From: Hyphomicrobiales bacterium
Lineage (GTDB): Bacteria; Pseudomonadota; Alphaproteobacteria; Rhizobiales; Aestuariivirgaceae
Assembly: GCA_025359265.1 (NCBI GenBank)
Contig: JANYHB010000035.1
Span: 58,084-122,083, forward strand
Reading direction: 5' to 3'
DNA: 64,000 nucleotides
Below, piece after piece: positions 57,520 to 64,000 of this stretch; the first letter of the stretch is position 1, and every line of letters starts with the position of its first letter. Under the pieces are notes generated by a model, which ran no database searches, was not told where the DNA came from, and saw nothing but the letters and a program-made list of their open reading frames with translations. The position numbers and the translations under genes are program-made.

Positions 57520-58731
57520 CTAAGCTATCGATTTTTTCAGGCTGGCGTTCCTGGCTTCAGCCCATTCAACCGATAGCCACATCAAAATTCCAAAACCCAC
57601 GAAAGCTGCGGTGATGGGATAGAGCGTGCCATCATAAAACCTTCCCACGATGCCGCCGAAAATAACGGCCATCAATGATGATATAAATCCTGAAATTGCC
57701 GCAGCCATACCAGCAATATGCCCCATGGGTTCCATCGACATCGAATTGAAGTTGCCAAACAGCAAGCCGCTACAGAAGAACGAGCCAAGTAGAAAAAGGC
57801 CCAGAATCGGCAATGGCGGATGGCCGGAATAGAGCAGTGTAAAGCCCAGCAAGCACAACCATACAAACATAAAACCGCGGAGCGCCTGTTTGGTGATGGC
57901 GCGCATGCCAATTTTGCGCACCATGTTGCCGTTGACGATCATGGCGATGGCCAAGGCTATTGCCAAGCCCCCAAACCACAACGCAAACTTGTCACCTTGG
58001 TCATATTGTTCCGCAAAGATCTGCTGCGATGTGCCAAGATAGGTGATGAAGGCCGAGAAAATAAAGCCCGAAGCCAGGGTATAACCCATGGCGATGGGGT
58101 TGCGGCACACTTCAACAGCGCCAGACCACAGCTCAGACACAGAAATAGGGCGGAAGTTTTCCGGGGCGAGCGTTTCGGCCTGGCGAAAATGCAGCCAAGC
58201 GGCAGTCAGCGCAGCCGCCACCACAAAGCCTGCAAAAATATAACGCCAGCTGGCCACGTAAAGCACAAGCTGGCCAATCGACGGCGCAAAAATCGGCACC
58301 AGCATGAAGACCGACATCACAAAACTCATGATCCGGGCCATGTCTGCACCCTTGGCCCCGTCACGCACCATGGCCAAAGCCGCCACGCGCGGGGCAGAGG
58401 CACCAACGCCCTGCAGCAACCGGCCCGCCATCATCATCGGATAATTTGTGGAAAAGAGGCAGAGTAGAGAACCCGCAGCATAAAGCAGCAACCCTATGTA
58501 AATCGCTGGTTTGCGACCATAGGCATCTGACATCGGTCCAAATGCAAGTTGCCCAAAAGTAAGGCCCAGAAAGAAGAACAATACGATAAATTGCCGGTCA
58601 TTCGGGTTTGCTGCATGAAGTTCTGCGGCAATCGTGCCCACAGCAGGCAGCATGGTGTCAATCGACATGGCCACCATGGCGGTGAGCACAGCGATAAGGG
58701 CAATGAATTCATTTGGGCGCGTGGTTTGCAT
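57520..58731 (-). CDS. Bcr/CflA-family MFS efflux transporter
   Basis: SIDTMLPA, GPMSDAYGRKP motif A, GRLLQGVGAS, about 12 TMs. Confidence 0.92.
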   Translation of the reverse strand: MQTTRPNEFIALIAVLTAMVAMSIDTMLPAVGTIAAELHAANPNDRQFIVLFFFLGLTFGQLAFGPMSDAYGRKPAIYIGLLLYAAGSLLCLFSTNYPMMMAGRLLQGVGASAPRVAALAMVRDGAKGADMARIMSFVMSVFMLVPIFAPSIGQLVLYVASWRYIFAGFVVAAALTAAWLHFRQAETLAPENFRPISVSELWSGAVEVCRNPIAMGYTLASGFIFSAFITYLGTSQQIFAEQYDQGDKFALWFGGLAIALAIAMIVNGNMVRKIGMRAITKQALRGFMFVWLCLLGFTLLYSGHPPLPILGLFLLGSFFCSGLLFGNFNSMSMEPMGHIAGMAAAISGFISSLMAVIFGGIVGRFYDGTLYPITAAFVGFGILMWLSVEWAEARNASLKKSIA

Positions 58732-58773
58732 TTTTCAATCTTTGTGGGAGGATGCCGAAACAGGCTAATACAC

Positions 58774-59982
58774 ATGATGCAGATCGACTCCAACACCCAT
58801 TCCGTCTACCTTAACCCGCGTGACGCGCAGTTCTATGCGAACCCCTACCCGTTTTATCAGCGGGTTCATGCCCAATGCCCGGTTTTTAGATGGCAGCAAT
58901 ATGGCCACTGGTGCTTTTCCAAATATGATGATGTGAATGGGTTGTTGCGTGACCGGCGTTTTGGGCGGCAGATTTTGCATGTGGCCACGCGTGAGGAATT
59001 GGGCTGGCCCGAAGTGGCAGAGCATGTGCGCGGGTTTGCGAACCACGAACAGCATTCATTGCTTGAGCTGGAGCCACCGGTGCACACGCGTCTGCGCGGG
59101 CTGATCAACCGGGCATTTTTGGCCCGCACGATAGAACGATTGCGGCCATTTTTATTGAGTCTTTGCAATCAGTTAATTGATGAATTTGAAGCAAATCATG
59201 AGGTGGAATTGTTGGGTGCCTATGCCACGCCTATTCCGGTTTTAGTCATTTGCGAATTGCTGGGTGCGCCCGCTGAAATGGCCGATAAATTTCTCGCGTG
59301 GTCGCACGATCATGTGGCCATGTATATGGCAAGGCGTGACCGCGCGATTGAAGAGGCTGCCGTGAAAGCGGTGCTGGAATTTTCCGCTTATATGCGTGGG
59401 CTGATTGCGACGCGGCGCAAAAATCCTGGGGCTGATTTGCTGTCTGAACTTATCCGCGCCGAGAGCGAAGGCCAGAAACTTTCTGAGGACGAGTTGGTGA
59501 CAACGGCCATTCTCATTCTCAATGCGGGGCATGAGGCCACGGTGCACGCGCTGGGCAATGGTATCAAGGCCATGTTGGAGTGCGCCATCACGGGCCCCAT
59601 CACGCCGGAACTGGTGGATGAGATCTTACGCTTCGATGCGCCGCTGCATATGTTCACGCGCTATGCGTTGGAAGATTTGGAATATGCGGGGGTGCGTTTG
59701 AAAAAGGGCGAAACCGTGGGCTTGATGCTGGGGGCGGCCAATCACGATGCAGCGCGCTTTGCGCAGCCTGAAATTTTTAATCCGGCGCGCACGCCCAACC
59801 CGCACGTGAGCTTTGGCGCGGGGATACATTTCTGTGTGGGGGCGCCCTTGGCACGGCTGGAAATGTTGGTGGCCCTGCAAGTGCTGTTCACGCGCTTGCC
59901 GAAATTGCGGATGGCTGAAACACCACGATACAAGGACGTTTATCATTTTCACGGATTGGAAGCGCTGCGGGTGAGATTTTGA
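58774..59982 (+). CDS. Cytochrome P450
   Basis: AGHEAT I-helix, EILR, FGAGIHFCVG heme motif. Confidence 0.95.
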   Translation: MMQIDSNTHSVYLNPRDAQFYANPYPFYQRVHAQCPVFRWQQYGHWCFSKYDDVNGLLRDRRFGRQILHVATREELGWPEVAEHVRGFANHEQHSLLELEPPVHTRLRGLINRAFLARTIERLRPFLLSLCNQLIDEFEANHEVELLGAYATPIPVLVICELLGAPAEMADKFLAWSHDHVAMYMARRDRAIEEAAVKAVLEFSAYMRGLIATRRKNPGADLLSELIRAESEGQKLSEDELVTTAILILNAGHEATVHALGNGIKAMLECAITGPITPELVDEILRFDAPLHMFTRYALEDLEYAGVRLKKGETVGLMLGAANHDAARFAQPEIFNPARTPNPHVSFGAGIHFCVGAPLARLEMLVALQVLFTRLPKLRMAETPRYKDVYHFHGLEALRVRF

Positions 59983-60230
59983 AACTGGTTTCGCTGGTGA
60001 AAGCAAGGGTATTGCCATGACGACACAGCAAAAAACTTCTGAACACTCTCACACTGAGTGACTGATAAAATCCCGTGAGCTTGGGCCAGACTGTTCGCAC
60101 TGGCTCGAGCACGGCGGAAAAATCTGAAGGTGTGACGCGTTTGATGCTGGCATGTGTCGATAAATTTGCTAGCTTGCAAACAGCCAAAAGGTGCCATGGC
60201 GGCACCGAGCAAGAGCAAAAGGAGCGGCAG

Positions 60231-60833
60231 ATGGCAAAAAGATTAATCCAAATGGTTTCAACAGCAATCGCATTGATCGCACTCACAGCCACGGCCGAAG
60301 CGCATGTTGGCGTGGGGTCAACTGCCGGTTTCCTGCATGGCTTCATGCACCCACTCAGCGGGCTTGACCATGTGTTGGCCATGATAGCGGTGGGCTGCTT
60401 TGCCGCACGGCTGGGCGGCAAGGCTCTATGGTTGGTTCCAGCGGCGTTTGTTTGCATGATGCTGGTTGGCGGTGCCATGGGCATCAGCGGTATGAGCTTG
60501 CCCGGTGTTGAAATCGGCATTGCCGCCTCAGTTATTGTTCTCGGCGCTGCCACGGCGCTGGATTTTGCGCTGCCCACCTCACTCGCCATGGGCCTGGTTG
60601 GATTTTTCGCCGTGTTCCATGGCCATGCCCACGGCGCAGAAATGCCGCTTGAAGTATCGTGGTTGACTTATGGCATGGGCTTCACATTAGCCACAGCCCT
60701 GTTGCATGGCTTTGGTCTGGCACTTGGCCTTGCCAATTCAATTTCGAACGTTTCGCGGCATGGCCAAATTGTGAAGCTCAGTGGTGCCGCAATGGCGGTT
60801 GCTGGCGTTGGAATGATGGCCGGATATCTCTGA
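60231..60833 (+). CDS. HupE/UreJ-family Ni/Co permease
   Basis: AEAHVG...GFMHPLSGLDHVLAMIAVG, FHGHAHGAE; GGAG RBS at 60221. Confidence 0.94.
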   Translation: MAKRLIQMVSTAIALIALTATAEAHVGVGSTAGFLHGFMHPLSGLDHVLAMIAVGCFAARLGGKALWLVPAAFVCMMLVGGAMGISGMSLPGVEIGIAASVIVLGAATALDFALPTSLAMGLVGFFAVFHGHAHGAEMPLEVSWLTYGMGFTLATALLHGFGLALGLANSISNVSRHGQIVKLSGAAMAVAGVGMMAGYL

Positions 60834-61436
60834 TCAATGCGCGGCCAGCACGTTTTTCAACTTGCTGGTGCGCGTTGCGCGATTTTCATCAAACGAAATT
60901 GTGCTTTTCAATTGGCCGGATCTGTCCATCAGGAACAGCGCTGCGGTGTGATCCATCGTATAGCTGCCGTCACTCGTTGGCTCTTTTTTGTAATAGATAT
61001 GAAAGTCCCGCGCCAGTTTGGGCAATTGTTCCAGCTTTGGCACCAATCCCTCGATGCGCGGATCAAAGTTTGAGAGATAGTCCTTGATGATGGGCAAAGT
61101 GTCTCTCTCAGGATCGACGGTGATAAACAGCAAGCGGAAGTCTTTGGCGCTGTCGCCCAGTTCCTTGAGTGATGCAGACATTTCAAACAGCGTCGTGGGG
61201 CACACCTCAGGGCAATGTGCAAAGCCGAAAAAAATGCCATAGGGCTTGCCGTTCAAGGTTTGCGAATCCAACTCGCCGCCTTTGGTGGAAGCCAGTTTGA
61301 AGGGTGCACCAAAAATGCCGAAGTTTTGCTTGGTGCCGTCGCCCGTCCACTGGCCATAAGCGACAAGGCCGCCGAGAAGTGCCACCAAAAAGGCCATTGC
61401 CCACAAAGCCCGGCGAAATCCCAGGGCCACGGCCAT
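60834..61436 (-). CDS. SCO1/SenC copper protein
   Basis: FFGFAHCPEVCP, ITVDPERD, YTMDH. Confidence 0.94.
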   Translation of the reverse strand: MAVALGFRRALWAMAFLVALLGGLVAYGQWTGDGTKQNFGIFGAPFKLASTKGGELDSQTLNGKPYGIFFGFAHCPEVCPTTLFEMSASLKELGDSAKDFRLLFITVDPERDTLPIIKDYLSNFDPRIEGLVPKLEQLPKLARDFHIYYKKEPTSDGSYTMDHTAALFLMDRSGQLKSTISFDENRATRTSKLKNVLAAH

Positions 61437-61437
61437 A

Positions 61438-61926
61438 TCAGTGCTTCATCGGCGTTTCCGCGCCGGGTTCAACAACTTCAAAATCCACGTCCACTTTTCC
61501 GGCTTTGGCAAATTCCATCGTGCCCTTCACCTGCTCGCCCAGCATATAGGCAGACTTGATGCCCATCAACATGATGTGAGACGTCTTGGGCTTAAGCTCA
61601 ACGCTTTTGCCCGCAGGAATCATCAGGCCCTTTGCCATCTCAGTCATCTTCATTACATCGCCTTGCATCATCATTTCATGAATCTGCACGGTGGGCACAT
61701 TTTCAATGGTAATCTTGATCAGCACATCATTGGTGCTGCCCGTGTTGTCGATCGTGGTGTAAGCACTGGCCACATCAGCAGCGCCAATCGGCTGGCGAAT
61801 CCACGGATGATGGATGACGAGTTTGCCAATTTTTATTTCGTGGGCACGCGCGTCTGAAACGGCGGCAAAGAATGCCCCCGCTGTTAAAAGCACGGCGAAC
61901 ACAAATTGTGATGAGGGTTTCATCAT
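61438..61926 (-). CDS. Periplasmic copper chaperone PCu(A)C
   Basis: Signal peptide ARAH, HPWIR, HEMMMQGDVMKM, HIMLMG. Confidence 0.92.
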   Translation of the reverse strand: MMKPSSQFVFAVLLTAGAFFAAVSDARAHEIKIGKLVIHHPWIRQPIGAADVASAYTTIDNTGSTNDVLIKITIENVPTVQIHEMMMQGDVMKMTEMAKGLMIPAGKSVELKPKTSHIMLMGIKSAYMLGEQVKGTMEFAKAGKVDVDFEVVEPGAETPMKH

Positions 61927-62086
61927 GGCAAGATAGCGGCTGGCCCCCTCTCCCGTCCATGGCCACACTGTCGCAAGGCGGCACGTGCCAAATTTGTCGT
62001 TAAATGTGCAGCTTGGGGCGTGAAGCTGCTGCCCATCGATGTGGTCAAAGGCTAGAACTGGTGAAATTCTTTCAACCGAGGCCAAT

Positions 62087-63664
62087 ATGACTGACGAGAC
62101 CCCTGGTTTGGTTCCCTCTGGCCGTCGCGGCCGCGGCGGGGCTGATGCGCGCCGCACATTGCGCGGCTCCACCGAGATCAGACAGGCCGGATTTATCCGT
62201 CGCAACATAAAGCTTTATGAGCCGTTCAGCGATGACCAACTTGAATTGATTGAGCACAATGCCGAAACCGTGTTGGAAGAAACAGGCATTGATTTTTATG
62301 AAGACGAAGAAGCGGTGCAAATGTGGAAGCAAGTTGGCGCTGATGCTACAGCTTCGCCCACCGAAGAACGGCGTTTTCGGGTGCGCTTTCCCAGAGGATT
62401 AGTCCGTTCACTGATTAAAACCGCGCCGCGCGAATATGTTCAGCATGCGCGCAATCCGGCCAACACCGTCACCATTGGTGGCAATAACACAGTGTTTGCC
62501 CCGGTATATGGTCCGCCCTTCATTCGCAATTTGGATGAAGGCCGCCGTTATGCCACGATTGAAGACTTCCGCAATTTTGCCAAGCTGGTTTACATGTTGC
62601 CCAGCCTGCATCACGCGGGCGGCACCTTGTGTGAGCCGGTGGATGTGGCGGTGCCGAAGCGGCATCTGGATATGATCTACAGCCATATCAAATATAACGA
62701 TAAGCCCTTCATGTCTTCGGTGACGTCAGGTGAACGCGCGGCGGATTCTGTTGCCATGTGCGAGATTTTGTTCGGAAAAGAGTTTGTTGATCAAAACTGT
62801 GTGATGACATCGTTGATCAATGCCAATTCGCCCATGGTGTGGGATGGCGTGATGTTGGGCGCTTTGAAAGTTTTGGCCAGGGCCAATCAAGCCACAGTGA
62901 TTTCACCTTTCATTGTGGCGGGCGCCATGTCACCCACCACCACGGTTGGCACGCTGACGCAGATATTGGCGGAAGCCTCCGTTGGCATTGCCTTCACACA
63001 ACTGTGCCGCCCGGGTGCGCCAGTGGTGTTCGGCACGTTTGCGGCTTCCATGTCAATGCAATCTGGTGCGCCCACCTTTGGAACGCCCGAGCCTGCCTTC
63101 GTCACCTTTGGAGCGGCCCAGTTGGCGCGGCGCATGGGCGTGCCCTTCCGATCAGGCGGTGGGTTGTGCGGCTCAAAAATTCCTGATGCGCAGGCTGCCT
63201 ATGAAACCTCTAACACCTTGTGGTCCACGCTGTTGTCTGGCGTGAATTTCTGTTTGCATGCGGCGGGCTGGCTGGAAGGCGGGCTGGCTTCGGGTTATGA
63301 AAAGCTGATCATGGATCACGACCAACTGAGCATGTTCCAAAAGTTTTCCGAGGGTGTTGATTTCTCGGAGAATGGCCAGGCGATGGATGCCATTCGTGAA
63401 GTGGGGCCGGGGTCGCATTATTTGGGAAGTGCCCATACGCAGAAGAATTTTGAAACCGCTTTCTGGCGCTCTGGGCTGGCCGACAATAATTCGTTTGAGC
63501 AGTGGCAGGATGAGGGTTCAAAAGACGTTGTGGTGCGCGCCAACGCCAAGTGGAAACAAATGCTGCGCGATTATGTTGCGCCCCCGCTGGATCAGGGAAT
63601 TGATGAAGCCCTGTTGACCTTCATGGCCAAACGCAAGGAAGTGCTGCCCGACACCATGAGCTAA
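62087..63664 (+). CDS. MttB-family (trimethylamine methyltransferase superfamily) methyltransferase, non-pyrrolysine type
   Basis: PVYGPPF, GTLCEP.D, PDAQAAYE, HAAGWLEGGL; no in-frame TAG. Confidence 0.9.
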   Translation: MTDETPGLVPSGRRGRGGADARRTLRGSTEIRQAGFIRRNIKLYEPFSDDQLELIEHNAETVLEETGIDFYEDEEAVQMWKQVGADATASPTEERRFRVRFPRGLVRSLIKTAPREYVQHARNPANTVTIGGNNTVFAPVYGPPFIRNLDEGRRYATIEDFRNFAKLVYMLPSLHHAGGTLCEPVDVAVPKRHLDMIYSHIKYNDKPFMSSVTSGERAADSVAMCEILFGKEFVDQNCVMTSLINANSPMVWDGVMLGALKVLARANQATVISPFIVAGAMSPTTTVGTLTQILAEASVGIAFTQLCRPGAPVVFGTFAASMSMQSGAPTFGTPEPAFVTFGAAQLARRMGVPFRSGGGLCGSKIPDAQAAYETSNTLWSTLLSGVNFCLHAAGWLEGGLASGYEKLIMDHDQLSMFQKFSEGVDFSENGQAMDAIREVGPGSHYLGSAHTQKNFETAFWRSGLADNNSFEQWQDEGSKDVVVRANAKWKQMLRDYVAPPLDQGIDEALLTFMAKRKEVLPDTMS

Positions 63665-63999
63665 AACTTGAACGCCGCATTGAGTTCAATCAGGTGGAAA
63701 TCGTAGTCCATAATATAGAGCTGTGAATAGCCCGCCATGCTTTTCGGCTTGATGATGATCCTCTTGGGGTCATCATGGGGCAGATCAGGGCTGTAGCCCT
63801 TGCTGTTCACCCGATCGACGAGCGCCTGAAAATTGCCGAAGCGAATGGCAAAATGAATGTCGTCAGAACCCACAACATGGTTTGCGGGAAACGTTCCATC
63901 GGGAACGAGAGTGACATGAACTTCCACTGAGCCCAGTTTGAGCCAGCAGCCCGCTGTGGCAAAATCAGGCCGTGCAATCACTTTAAAGCCCAAAACGTT
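63661..63999 (-). CDS. VOC/glyoxalase-family protein, C-terminal part (start beyond the right edge)
   Basis: NVLGFKVIARPDF...WL...EVHV...HFAI...QLYIMDYDFHLIELN; frame open to the window end. Confidence 0.75.
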   Translation of the reverse strand, partial: NVLGFKVIARPDFATAGCWLKLGSVEVHVTLVPDGTFPANHVVGSDDIHFAIRFGNFQALVDRVNSKGYSPDLPHDDPKRIIIKPKSMAGYSQLYIMDYDFHLIELNAAFKF

Positions 64000-64000
64000 G

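Noticed and set aside
62087-63664. Pyrrolysine recoding in the MttB-family gene
   Set aside because: ORF is continuous with no in-frame TAG, and no pyl genes are present
1-64000. CRISPR arrays, rRNA, tRNA, IS transposases, integrons
   Set aside because: No regularly spaced repeats, cloverleaf signatures or transposase/integrase motifs recognised by eye; tRNAscan-SE, Infernal and ISEScan would confirm

Overview
64 kb of alphaproteobacterial (Hyphomicrobiales/Rhizobiales-like) chromosome. The centrepiece is a ~17 kb minus-strand RcGTA-type gene transfer agent cluster (~22140-39137). It runs small and large terminase, portal, protease, HK97 capsid, neck and tail genes, short tape measure, distal tail, hub, NlpC/P60 and megatron baseplate, then three tail-fibre-type genes. 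It ends in an apparently complete lysis cassette: membrane protein, M15 endolysin, a 59-aa holin-like gene missing from the ORF track, and an overlapped spanin pair. It has no integrase, repressor or replication genes and sits between feuNPQ and fdsGBACD. Two lesions are visible: the head-closure gene (g7) is absent, and g14 has an in-frame TGA 13 codons before its apparent natural stop. The rest is core or metabolic: pepN, pleC, a degP/two-component/ECF envelope-stress locus, ccmE, two soxBDAG operons, metF, a GlxA-type regulator, formate dehydrogenase, PBP1A, malic enzyme, MFS, P450, HupE/UreJ, SCO, PCuAC and an MttB-family methyltransferase, forming a methylated-amine/C1 neighbourhood. Also seen: two palindromic elements, an AT-richer DUF4238-like orphan and several candidate regulatory motifs. 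No rRNA, tRNA, CRISPR or transposase was recognised. All family assignments are from motif recognition by eye, not database searches.
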